From IMG/VR virus record IMGVR_UViG_3300027801_001565: 64,000 nucleotides of DNA. One strand, written 5' to 3'. The position numbers were made by a program, and so were the translations under genes. The stretch comes from a virus. The notes under the pieces are model-generated. The model ran no database searches and was not told the DNA's origin. It was given only the letters and a program-made list of their open reading frames with translations. Below, in pieces: positions 8,368 to 16,709 of the stretch; position 1 is the first letter of the stretch; each line of letters opens with the position of its first letter.

Positions 8368-8537
8368 TGTATCCATCCTATAATTATATTTAGCATTATT
8401 AAATACACACAAGCAAGGTTAGACATTACTATAAAGGTTCGGATATATGAAATTCGGTTTTCATTATTAACATCATATCCATCCTCTTCGTCAAAAGATC
8501 CTAGTGCGTGTTTCCATATTGTCCACAACTTATTCAT
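8364..8537 (-). CDS. Small membrane protein (paralog of 25118..25306)
   Basis: LW-x-x-W-x-x-x-LG ... IRT plus one TM helix. Confidence 0.6.
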   Translation of the reverse strand: MNKLWTIWKHALGSFDEEDGYDVNNENRISYIRTFIVMSNLACVYLIMLNIIIGWIQ

Positions 8538-9174
8538 CCTGTGGCCACACCGAACCGAATGTCCTATCATATGTTCCATTAAACCCTGTGGCTGGTATGA
8601 TATCTGTTAAATCTCGTCTCCAGGCATTAACTGTGTCTGTTACATAGTCCTGGTATTCGCCTGGATCTACGCCATCAACATCTAGTTGTTCTCGGAACCA
8701 TCCACCAGACTCTTCTCTTTGGCATACAAGGTTATCTTCGTAATTGGGGGGTTGTTTATATCCCGCATATCCATATGTATCATCGCATCCTGGATTGTCT
8801 GTTACCCAAACACCAGCAAACATATAGAACTCGTCTTCGTATACCATACTTAGAACACAATACGGATCTACTTGAATCATATGTTCAACCAACTCCTCGA
8901 AGAATACATCAGGGGCAATCCATGCTGATGTTATTTCAACAGCAGTACCCATGAACTCTGTAATCCTAGCTTCCCTAGGACCTACAAACATATCCATAAA
9001 CGCCTGGCGCTCTTCTCCCTCGTCTGGGGTGTATGGTCCAAAAGTATATATATCCGAATACTCTAATCCACGCTCATCTTTATTCTCAATCTCTGAAAAT
9101 ACTCTTAAGAACTCGTGTTCCGATTCAATACTACCAGATTCAAATCTGATTGTTGAGTATACGTTATTTGCCAT
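8530..9174 (-). CDS. Hypothetical acidic protein
   Basis: 214-aa ORF with a GGGAG SD; no motif recognised. Confidence 0.65.
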   Translation of the reverse strand: MANNVYSTIRFESGSIESEHEFLRVFSEIENKDERGLEYSDIYTFGPYTPDEGEERQAFMDMFVGPREARITEFMGTAVEITSAWIAPDVFFEELVEHMIQVDPYCVLSMVYEDEFYMFAGVWVTDNPGCDDTYGYAGYKQPPNYEDNLVCQREESGGWFREQLDVDGVDPGEYQDYVTDTVNAWRRDLTDIIPATGFNGTYDRTFGSVWPQDE

Positions 9175-9355
9175 GCAGTTTCTCCCTTTGTTTAACGAAT
9201 GTTTGTGCTGTTTCTATTGCTAAAATTTCATCACCTAATATTTCTGTAAAAATCAAATTATCTTTACTAAAAAACTCTACTTGGAACAGTTCGCTGTCGC
9301 TCTTAACTGGCGCCACCACTGCTCTAAAAAATTCGTTTCCAAAGGAAGTATTCAT
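9164..9355 (-). CDS. Hypothetical protein
   Basis: GGAG SD directly downstream of the tRNA. Confidence 0.6.
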   Translation of the reverse strand: MNTSFGNEFFRAVVAPVKSDSELFQVEFFSKDNLIFTEILGDEILAIETAQTFVKQREKLHGK

Positions 9356-9373
9356 CTTATCTCCAATGATATA

Positions 9374-9449
9374 TGGAGCTTGAGATAGGAGTCGAACCTA
9401 CGACCTGAGGTTTACAAAACCCCTGCTCTACCAACTGAGCTACTCAAGC
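9374..9449 (-). tRNA. tRNA-Thr(UGU)
   Basis: GCTTGAG acceptor stem, D arm AGCTCAGTTGGTAGAGC, anticodon loop TT-TGT-AA, T arm GGTTCGACTCC and encoded CCA; 76 nt. Confidence 0.95.
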
Positions 9450-9466
9450 ATTTTACTAATGCTATT

Positions 9467-9474
9467 TATTTATA
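9467..9474 (-). promoter_or_regulatory. T4-type late promoter upstream of tRNA
   Basis: TATAAATA 17 nt upstream of the tRNA. Confidence 0.65.
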
Positions 9475-9529
9475 CATGGCTCTTAAACCCTATTAGGGTA
9501 GGTCAACCAATAACCTGGAATAAGTATGA

Positions 9530-9552
9530 GGGGCTGGGTATTACCCAACCCC
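9530..9552 (-). terminator. Strong GC hairpin after HTH gene (terminator or processing stem)
   Basis: GGGGTTGGGT-AAT-ACCCAGCCCC with only a weak U-tract. Confidence 0.45.
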
Positions 9553-9563
9553 CCAAGCACGGT

Positions 9564-9821
9564 TTAACTAAAAACCGATGCGCCTTCAGATGAAAACGCT
9601 GCTGCTACCATAGCCCTTGTAGGGGTTCCAAGTCTATAAGTAGGGTTACCTATAGAATTAGTGTTAGTATATACAGCATAGCCTTTAGATCTAAGATCAA
9701 AGATCCTAGCAGGTAGTCTATTTACCTTTAACTTGTGCGTTGCTACTGCATTGCTCAAGCTTTTGCCTTGCTGCAAAAAGTTTAACACTTTCTGAGCATC
9801 GCTCACTTTACGATTAGCCAT
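9564..9821 (-). CDS. Winged helix-turn-helix DNA-binding protein
   Basis: KVLNFLQQGKSLS...RLPARIFDLRSKGYAV wHTH pattern; GGAGG SD before ATG 9821. Confidence 0.75.
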   Translation of the reverse strand: MANRKVSDAQKVLNFLQQGKSLSNAVATHKLKVNRLPARIFDLRSKGYAVYTNTNSIGNPTYRLGTPTRAMVAAAFSSEGASVFS

Positions 9822-10164
9822 TGTTGGCCTCCATGTTGATGTTGGCAGAATTGCCTGCACCCTCGTTAACAATTACAGTTGAGCTTACGCTTACTGTTCT
9901 TGTAGTCTTAGGTACATTCCTATACATGACTCTTTGGAGTGCGTCTCTTGCGTCAAAGTTAGACTTAATGTCTTCCCTCTCCAACAAGTATTCTGACGCA
10001 GCCTTCTTAGTCATGGCTTCCGGCAGCTCAGCGAACCACGTATCGTTGTTCCCCTTTGCCGTAAGTTTCTTGATGCGAGACACCATATCATTTCCGAACC
10101 GTGCTTTACACACGCCTTTCTCTGACATTGAATATCCTGCATATTTAAATAATTGATTACTCAT
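9814..10164 (-). CDS. Hypothetical early protein
   Basis: AAGGA SD; lies downstream of a sigma70 promoter. Confidence 0.65.
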   Translation of the reverse strand: MSNQLFKYAGYSMSEKGVCKARFGNDMVSRIKKLTAKGNNDTWFAELPEAMTKKAASEYLLEREDIKSNFDARDALQRVMYRNVPKTTRTVSVSSTVIVNEGAGNSANINMEANNG

Positions 10165-10199
10165 AACAACTTTCCTTTTTTTCATTTAATGTTAACACT

Positions 10200-10228
10200 A
10201 TTATAAACTCTTACTAAGTAAAAGTCAA
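10200..10228 (-). promoter_or_regulatory. Sigma70-type early promoter with AGAG spacer motif
   Basis: TTGACT-N11-AGAG-TT-TATAAT (17-nt spacer). Confidence 0.85.
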
Positions 10229-10252
10229 CCTTTATTGTACCAAAAGCATCAA

Positions 10253-10759
10253 TTAAGCTGCCTTTAAGATACGCTTCACCAAACGCTCTTCTGAGTATTT
10301 TAAGCCCTTGTGGTAGCAGTAGTAACCTAAGTCACCTTCTACGTCCTCAGCAGCCATGTCCCATTTAAGAGCGGTTCTGATGTCCTTTGCACCCATATCA
10401 ACTAAGTTGCGTAAATGTGCCTTCCAGGCTGTCTTAGCCTCTTTTGCCATTTCATTTTCACGCTCCCAAGTCTCATCGGCTGCTTTCGAGTAGTACTCGA
10501 TATCTTTTTGTAATTCGTCAATGGAGCAAGCCTTCCAGTCGAAACGAGCTCTAAACCCGTTAGCTTCCTTCGAGATGTCGGATATAGTACCGTACATCTC
10601 CCACTTGATGGCGTCCTCAAGAGTGAAGACTCCAGCCTCATTGTAATACTCCACAGTATCAAACTCTGAGACCCTACCATATTCCGCCAAATTCTGAGCC
10701 TGCTTAGCCTCACAAAATGCTTCTAATGTAGTGTAGTCTGTTAGTTTGATGTATGTCAT
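10253..10759 (-). CDS. Hypothetical early protein
   Basis: 168-aa ORF with its own promoter and an AAGGGA SD. Confidence 0.7.
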   Translation of the reverse strand: MTYIKLTDYTTLEAFCEAKQAQNLAEYGRVSEFDTVEYYNEAGVFTLEDAIKWEMYGTISDISKEANGFRARFDWKACSIDELQKDIEYYSKAADETWERENEMAKEAKTAWKAHLRNLVDMGAKDIRTALKWDMAAEDVEGDLGYYCYHKGLKYSEERLVKRILKAA

Positions 10760-10773
10760 ATCTTTAATCCCTT

Positions 10774-11310
10774 TTACTTAATTATACCGTTATTATGCAC
10801 TCTATTGAACCACATGTCAACCTTTTTCTGTGCTTTTTTCAAAAGAGTTTTGTCAGCCTTAACAAGGAGTTGTACCAATTGGTCCTTTTCCTTCATGTAA
10901 ACCTTAGCAAAATCCTCATCATGTTCGGTGATTGACTTGGTGTTATCAAGCAAATCTGCAATTTTTATAGTCTGTCCCTGTGAAGATGCTTGGGCAGAAT
11001 GCTCTCTGTCCATAGTCTTTCTAAATGCTCTGTTACCATCTTCTGGCTTGGATATATCAGTCAATTCTTCAACCAAATCTGCTACACAATGTCCAAAATG
11101 GAAGGCAATCTGATCTAGTGTTACATCACAGTCCTCAACGGTGTCATGCAATACAGCTGCCATAAGCATTTCGTCCGTATGTTCTACAGTTTTAACTGTC
11201 TCCATAACTGCCAAAGGGTGTACTATGTAGGGCTCTCCCGTGTATTTACGGGTCTGTCCTTCGTGTGCCTTTGTGGCAAATGTTATGGCTTTTTCTATTT
11301 GTTTCTTCAT
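10774..11310 (-). CDS. RelA/SpoT-type HD-domain hydrolase (small alarmone hydrolase, Mesh1-like)
   Basis: AHEGQTRKYTGEPYIVHP, AAVLHDTVED, VEELTD and KIADLLDN motifs. Confidence 0.85.
   Translation of the reverse strand: MKKQIEKAITFATKAHEGQTRKYTGEPYIVHPLAVMETVKTVEHTDEMLMAAVLHDTVEDCDVTLDQIAFHFGHCVADLVEELTDISKPEDGNRAFRKTMDREHSAQASSQGQTIKIADLLDNTKSITEHDEDFAKVYMKEKDQLVQLLVKADKTLLKKAQKKVDMWFNRVHNNGIIK
10792..10820 (-). promoter_or_regulatory. Sigma70-type early promoter with AGAG motif
   Basis: TTGACA-N11-AGAG-TG-CATAAT, located inside the 3' end of the HD gene. Confidence 0.8.
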
Positions 11311-11319
11311 TATACCGTT

Positions 11320-11348
11320 ATTATAGCAAGCGGCGGACCATATGTCAA
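11320..11348 (-). promoter_or_regulatory. Sigma70 consensus early promoter
   Basis: TTGACA-17-TATAAT with a TGn extended -10. Confidence 0.85.
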
Positions 11349-11427
11349 GCATTATCTATGTTTTGGTGCAAATCTTTTTATCTATGGAAATCAATTACTT
11401 AGGTAATCCCTGTAGGGGGCTGTACAA

Positions 11428-11499
11428 AGGGGCTATTTTAGGGTAGCCTAGGGTACTACTTGGAGTAATAAATCCCTTACAGGGTGTCTGTTAGAGCCG
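11428..11499. repeat. 72-bp G/C-phased element, copy 1 (copy 2 at 29968..30040)
   Basis: aggggctattttagggtagcct...cccttacagggtgtctgttagagccg aligns end to end with copy 2. Confidence 0.7.
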
Positions 11500-11731
11500 A
11501 TATTAGCTCATATGTACGTTTCTTAGGGTCTAGCACGTCTGTAGTGTACTTTACTTCAATGCCACGCCTAGTGAACTCATTTATTATCTTAGTCCTTTGC
11601 TTGGGTCTCCCCTTGTTTAGGACATCAATTAATGTCTGAGGTGTTGCTTGTTTCACATAGTAATGATTAATTTTAATCTTACCTGTTTGTCTGTCTTTTA
11701 TCTTTTCACTTGATCTGTATTTAGCGGGCAT
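11477..11731 (-). CDS. Hypothetical basic protein
   Basis: AGGAG SD; 84 aa. Confidence 0.7.
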   Translation of the reverse strand: MPAKYRSSEKIKDRQTGKIKINHYYVKQATPQTLIDVLNKGRPKQRTKIINEFTRRGIEVKYTTDVLDPKKRTYELISALTDTL

Positions 11732-11751
11732 TATGTCTCCTGTATATTATA

Positions 11752-12099
11752 TTATTTTCCTTTGGTGTATGCTTGGGCGCCAAAGAAGGCCGCCACTATT
11801 CCTGCTACTGCAACAAAATATGTTGGTGCCATATCTCCTAGGGTTGCCTGTGCTTGATCTAATCCTGCTAATGATGCACACACCACAGCAAATGGGTATA
11901 ACAACAAGCCTGCTAATGCAAACCATGTCATTTTTCTCTGTGCATCTCGCATTGCATCAGCATCTTCTAGTTCTTTTCTTTTGAACTCTAAGAACATTTT
12001 CTCTTCAGCTTTGCTTACTTTACCGTCGCCGTTTGTATCGGCTGGGTGGGCTATTTTAGCTGCCTCTTCTTCAGTCCAATCGTTTTTTGAATCTACCAT
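11752..12099 (-). CDS. EF-hand-containing two-TM membrane protein (holin-like topology)
   Basis: DTNGDGKVSKAE EF-hand loop and two C-terminal TM helices. Confidence 0.65.
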   Translation of the reverse strand: MVDSKNDWTEEEAAKIAHPADTNGDGKVSKAEEKMFLEFKRKELEDADAMRDAQRKMTWFALAGLLLYPFAVVCASLAGLDQAQATLGDMAPTYFVAVAGIVAAFFGAQAYTKGK

Positions 12100-12101
12100 A
12101 T

Positions 12102-12860
12102 TTACTCCTGTGGAAATAATTCCGTGTAATTATTATTCTTTCCTTTACATTGTAAAAGTTTGTTGGAAAGTTCATTTATATTTATATTAGTTTTTAACTT
12201 AGCAAATGGGATATACCCCAACCTTAATGCTTCCATGTCATCAGGTAGATTTAATCTTGTTTTAAGATTGGCGTGCATTACTTTAGCCCTTGCTTTAAAT
12301 CCTTGTGATGTATGCGAATTGATCTCTGGTCCTAACCAACAATGGAAACTTGGACGGCAAAGGCTTTGTGGATGATATTGATCCTTTTTAATACCAATGT
12401 CCTCAGAGAATACGATCTCTGCAAAATGTTTACCAACATGAGCATAATTTACATACAAATGTCCAGGGACTCTCTCCACGGTGAAATGTTTGTAGTCTTC
12501 TTCCCGTACATTAATTTCTGCATTAGTGTTGTTTTCATTACCCCGTACACTATGTCCCCACCTAGGAGGAAACCCAGATGATTGTAATTCATGGTAATGG
12601 ATCAAGTCGTTAAGTCTGCTAGCGTCTGGATGATCTGGATGATCTGCAAACATCTCATGCAATTTATTCATGTCTGAGTCTGCTGGCCAACCAGCCATAT
12701 AAGCTATCTTTTCAATCTCAGATTTAATCTCTCTTAAAGTCTCTCCCATGAAAAAGAATTCGTTTGTTTCGTGTACGTTTGCTACTAGGAACTTAGCAAA
12801 TCTTTCAGCAATAGGAGTATCAAGTACTTCCCATTCTACGTCGTTAAAATTTAAAATCAT
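12102..12860 (-). CDS. Hypothetical protein
   Basis: AAGGA SD before ATG 12860; overlaps the gp41 stop. Confidence 0.65.
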   Translation of the reverse strand: MILNFNDVEWEVLDTPIAERFAKFLVANVHETNEFFFMGETLREIKSEIEKIAYMAGWPADSDMNKLHEMFADHPDHPDASRLNDLIHYHELQSSGFPPRWGHSVRGNENNTNAEINVREEDYKHFTVERVPGHLYVNYAHVGKHFAEIVFSEDIGIKKDQYHPQSLCRPSFHCWLGPEINSHTSQGFKARAKVMHANLKTRLNLPDDMEALRLGYIPFAKLKTNININELSNKLLQCKGKNNNYTELFPQE

Positions 12861-14220
12861 TGTAATTTCCTTCTGTTTTCCCACGATCGAATACTGGCAT
12901 TTCAATATTCGCATCAGTTAACTGCTGTTGTGCAGATTCGTCTAAGTCAAACAATTTCATCCTAGGCCTATCTACCCCTATCATAAATCTTTTGTTAGTT
13001 GTAGGATCTGCATATCTATTCTTCAACTGTTTAATCATTAGCTGTCCCATATTCTCTAACTCCTCATTACTTATAATAGCAAACATTAAGTCTGCTGTAG
13101 CAGGGAGTCCAAAACTCTCAGAAGTATCTGTTAGTGAGACATCGCTGTTATCGTAACCACCCCTTGTTGTCTGTGTAGCACTTACAATAGGAACGTCTTG
13201 CTCTACTGCCAAACCTCTAAGCTCTTCCGCGATGCTCTTAATAATAGTATAAGAGTTAGCGCTACTGCCAGGTTTAAATCGGCTACTAGAACAAATATTC
13301 AAGTAGTCAATAAAAATAATATCTGCAGAGAAGTTTCTCTTTAGTTTTAATTCATTTATTAATGCCTTAAAGTGTCCACTATGTGCTGATGCTGTAGGAT
13401 ATTCCTTAACAATAAGTCTACCTTGTATCTTATCATTAATTTTTTTAATCCTATCATCAAACATCTGCTTAGATAAATCCTTCAAATCACCAATAGGTAT
13501 ATTCATCATGTTAGCGTCTATACGTTCTGCGATCCTTTCCTCTGACATCTCTAGTGTAATATAGAGTACATTCTTACCCTTTGAGATTGCCGCTGATGCC
13601 ATATGACACATAAACAGGGACTTACCTACTCCCGTGCCTGCTAGTGCTATGTTTAATGTTTTGTTAGACAATCCACCGTCTGTTATCCTATTAAACATAT
13701 CTAAGTCAAACTCTACCTTCTCTTCTAGCCTGTGATAATATTCATACCTACCTTCTGCATCTTCAATAAAGTCATGTCCGATGTTAGTATCAAATCCTAC
13801 AGACAATGCCTCTGATAAAATCTGAGGTAAAGCATCTGCTGTGTGAGTAGTACTCTTACCGTCTATGATCTGTATGCTTTCCATAATACTATTGTACAAT
13901 GCTTTATCCTTACAAAACTTCTCAGTCTCATCAATAAGCCATTCCAAGTTAACCACAGTACCATTCAAATCATTAACCACATCCATACAATGTTTGTAGC
14001 TTTCATCGTTAAGAGATTTATCCTCACCTAGGGCAAGTATAATAGCCTGCTTGCTAGGTGGGTTGTTATATTTTGTAACAAAATCTGAGATTATATTAAA
14101 TACTTTTCTATCCTCATGGGCTGAAAAATATTCTTCCTTAAGGAAAGGGATTACCTTTCTGATATAGGTGTCGTCTTTAACCAGATTTTCTAATATAACT
14201 TGTTCTATTCTATTCTTCAT
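12844..14220 (-). CDS. gp41: Replicative DNA helicase (T4 gp41-like)
   Basis: AGTGVGKS Walker A, YITLEMSEE, KEYPTASA, IDYLNIC, ESFGLPATAD and QLKNRY. Confidence 0.97.
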   Translation of the reverse strand: MKNRIEQVILENLVKDDTYIRKVIPFLKEEYFSAHEDRKVFNIISDFVTKYNNPPSKQAIILALGEDKSLNDESYKHCMDVVNDLNGTVVNLEWLIDETEKFCKDKALYNSIMESIQIIDGKSTTHTADALPQILSEALSVGFDTNIGHDFIEDAEGRYEYYHRLEEKVEFDLDMFNRITDGGLSNKTLNIALAGTGVGKSLFMCHMASAAISKGKNVLYITLEMSEERIAERIDANMMNIPIGDLKDLSKQMFDDRIKKINDKIQGRLIVKEYPTASAHSGHFKALINELKLKRNFSADIIFIDYLNICSSSRFKPGSSANSYTIIKSIAEELRGLAVEQDVPIVSATQTTRGGYDNSDVSLTDTSESFGLPATADLMFAIISNEELENMGQLMIKQLKNRYADPTTNKRFMIGVDRPRMKLFDLDESAQQQLTDANIEMPVFDRGKTEGNYNDFKF

Positions 14221-14389
14221 ACGGTGGCAAATCCTTAATATGCTGGTTATAAACTATAGCTACACACGGTCCACAAATATACATCTCTCCTTCAGGAGTA
14301 TGAAAGCAATATGCTTTGTCTGCCTTCAGATCTATTTTTGTCTCGCAACGATCACACTTCGGAATATGCTTTGTCAATGTCTTCCTCAT
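14210..14389 (-). CDS. Small C4 zinc-finger protein resembling the ClpX N-terminal zinc-binding domain
   Basis: Hand translation, absent from ORF track: MRKTLTKHIPKCDRCETKIDLKADKAYCFHTPEGEMYICGPCVAIVYNQHIKDLPPYEE. It fills the uvsX-gp41 gap; an alternative TTG start lies at 14377. Confidence 0.65.
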   Translation of the reverse strand: MRKTLTKHIPKCDRCETKIDLKADKAYCFHTPEGEMYICGPCVAIVYNQHIKDLPPYEE

Positions 14390-15422
14390 TTATTTCTTTA
14401 GCAATCATATCAACTGAACCAATAGTGTACCTAGCTTTAACCCATTCTGAAAACGAAGGGTCTTGTAATATAGGTAGCCAAAACTCTTTCTGCAAATCTT
14501 TAGCTCTTACTTTAGGTTCTACAACTTCGCCTGTATCCATATTAACTCTCTGATACCAACCATTGCTAGGTTTAATTACATGTCCAGATTCTATTCCCAT
14601 ATCCAATAGCCCAGACCATTTACTAATGCCTTTCTCCCAGGATACTTCTACAGGGATTTTAGATTTCTCTCTAACAAACCTAGACTTCTCAACATTAATT
14701 ACAAAGGAATATCCTGTAATTTCTGTGCCTGTTTTCTCTTGTCGTCTACCGATAATAAAAATGTTATCTGCTGAGTAGTAAACACCTGTGCCACCACTAA
14801 CAACATCTTTAGGAAACAAACCAATCTCTTTATATGTATGATTAATTACAATAGCTGGGATGTCTTTAATAGTTAAGTGAGGAGTAACCATTCTGAATAA
14901 GGACTTCATTTGTTTAGCCCTTGTCATGTCTGCTACACTCTTACCTTCTAAAGCATCTTCTACTTCTTTCTTACTTGCTAAGTTACCAATAGAGTCTACA
15001 ATAATCATAACGTGGTCTTCACGTTCGATACCTGCCAACTGTTGCATAATGTCATGCTTTAGTTGTTCAATATCTGCGATAGGTGTATGTACTACTCTAT
15101 CTGTATCAATCTCAAATGTCTCAAAATAAGACTTAGGTGCACCAAATTCTGAATCGTAGAATAAGATTACTCCGTCCTCATATTTGTTTAAAAAACTTTT
15201 AGCTAACAACATACCGAATGCTGTTTTAAAATGTTTACTAGGACCTGCGAATACTGTTAAGCCAGGTGTCAACCCGCCATCTAGTTTTCCACTTAATGCA
15301 ACGTTAACCGCCGGGACGGATGTTTGTATTAAGTCTTGATCGTTAAAGAACTTAGATCCTGTAAGGATATCAGTCTGTTTAATTGTTGAATTCTTCTGAA
15401 TTCGTTCTATGAGATTACTCAT
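14352..15422 (-). CDS. uvsX: RecA-like recombinase UvsX
   Basis: AGPSKHFKT, FYDSEFG, DSIGNLASKKE and VADMTRAK. Confidence 0.97.
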   Translation of the reverse strand: MSNLIERIQKNSTIKQTDILTGSKFFNDQDLIQTSVPAVNVALSGKLDGGLTPGLTVFAGPSKHFKTAFGMLLAKSFLNKYEDGVILFYDSEFGAPKSYFETFEIDTDRVVHTPIADIEQLKHDIMQQLAGIEREDHVMIIVDSIGNLASKKEVEDALEGKSVADMTRAKQMKSLFRMVTPHLTIKDIPAIVINHTYKEIGLFPKDVVSGGTGVYYSADNIFIIGRRQEKTGTEITGYSFVINVEKSRFVREKSKIPVEVSWEKGISKWSGLLDMGIESGHVIKPSNGWYQRVNMDTGEVVEPKVRAKDLQKEFWLPILQDPSFSEWVKARYTIGSVDMIAKEINEEDIDKAYSEV

Positions 15423-16182
15423 TATTTCTCCTGCTTGTGTTAGCTTCGATTGCTATTTTCATTATATTAAGTGTATTATAGCATAGTGTAGATGCATGAG
15501 TCAAGTCCTTAGGGAGACATGTACCACCAAAACCGATGAGTCCATCAGGACCGGGTACGTCCCAATGTGTACCACCTAAATTTTTATCTTCCTGCATAAA
15601 CTTTTTAATAACACTATAATCCATATTAAGGCTGTCGCAAATTTCATTGAAATCATTTGCCAAGCCCACCTTTACTGCTAACGCTGCGTTTCTAGCCATT
15701 TTAATCATCGACGCCTCTAGAGGAGAACAAACTACAACTTTCTTTTTATTACCATACCAGGCATGTTTAGTCCTAGTAATCCATTGTAAAATATTATCAC
15801 AATTATTACACCCTATAACAATAGGAATATCTGAGTCATCGACATCTTCTTTCCAATGTCTTTCTCTCAAAAACTCTGGCATTATTACATGTCCTTTGTT
15901 AGCATATTTTATACATTGATCAGGCCCAATAGTACTTCTAATTATGGCTTGTTCGATGGGTAAAGTTTCTAGTATATTATCTATAATAGAAGTGTCTAAC
16001 TTTCCATCAATAAGGTTAGTTGGAACACAAATAAAAGAATATTCAATATTATCCCAATCAGTTACATTGTAACCTTTAACAGGATCATGTATCTCTATTT
16101 CTAGTTTTTCAACCAACCAAGATTTCAGAAAGTATTCTGTTGCTTGTCCTACAAATCCATACCCAACGATAGCTACTTTCAT
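15415..16182 (-). CDS. UDP-glucose/GDP-mannose dehydrogenase family protein
   Basis: GYGFVG Rossmann motif, ICVPT, RST, PEFLRE and GFGGTCLPKD. Confidence 0.9.
   Translation of the reverse strand: MKVAIVGYGFVGQATEYFLKSWLVEKLEIEIHDPVKGYNVTDWDNIEYSFICVPTNLIDGKLDTSIIDNILETLPIEQAIIRSTIGPDQCIKYANKGHVIMPEFLRERHWKEDVDDSDIPIVIGCNNCDNILQWITRTKHAWYGNKKKVVVCSPLEASMIKMARNAALAVKVGLANDFNEICDSLNMDYSVIKKFMQEDKNLGGTHWDVPGPDGLIGFGGTCLPKDLTHASTLCYNTLNIMKIAIEANTSRRNNE
15475..15504 (-). promoter_or_regulatory. Sigma70-type promoter for uvsX (intragenic)
   Basis: TTGACT-18-TATAAT with TGC immediately before the -10. Confidence 0.6.
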
Positions 16183-16188
16183 TTACGG

Positions 16189-16563
16189 TTACCCTATCCC
16201 ACCTGGTGATGTGTAGTCTTCTTTTTGTAAATTCTTAATCCAAGCAGAAGTGTCTTCCTTTATAAAGACGCCGTCTATCATTGTGCCTTTTCGATCTTTA
16301 ATATCATTATACGCAACTGCCAAACAGTCTCGGAGTGATAGATCGTTTCTTTTAGCAATATTGATAAGAACAACAATAATGTCTCCAATATCATCTGCTA
16401 CGTCCTGTTTCTTACAGACATTATCTGATAACTCACCTACTTCTTGGATTAGTTTACATACTTGATCCTTGTCTGTAGCACCATCAATTAAATTCCTGTC
16501 CACATGCCACTTCTCAATATTATTGATTAATGATTGTAGACTGTCTCTCCATTGTTCACTCAT
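16189..16563 (-). CDS. mazG: MazG-like nucleotide pyrophosphohydrolase
   Basis: KLIQEVGEL, DDIGDIIVVL and AYNDIKDRKG...GVFIKE. Confidence 0.85.
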   Translation of the reverse strand: MSEQWRDSLQSLINNIEKWHVDRNLIDGATDKDQVCKLIQEVGELSDNVCKKQDVADDIGDIIVVLINIAKRNDLSLRDCLAVAYNDIKDRKGTMIDGVFIKEDTSAWIKNLQKEDYTSPGGIG

Positions 16564-16709
16564 ACCATCTCCTCAACGACACCTAGTGTCTCTGCTGCTA
16601 TTAATAATCCACCTGCCATAAAAGTGTCTCCTGCCATTAGGAAACCACAAGCGACTCCTCGTATTAAACTCTTAATCATACTTACTACAAAATGTCCATC
16701 TATAATCAT
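16560..16709 (-). CDS. Small membrane protein
   Basis: AGAGGA SD, ATGA-coupled to the gp43 stop, hydrophobic. Confidence 0.6.
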   Translation of the reverse strand: MIIDGHFVVSMIKSLIRGVACGFLMAGDTFMAGGLLIAAETLGVVEEMV

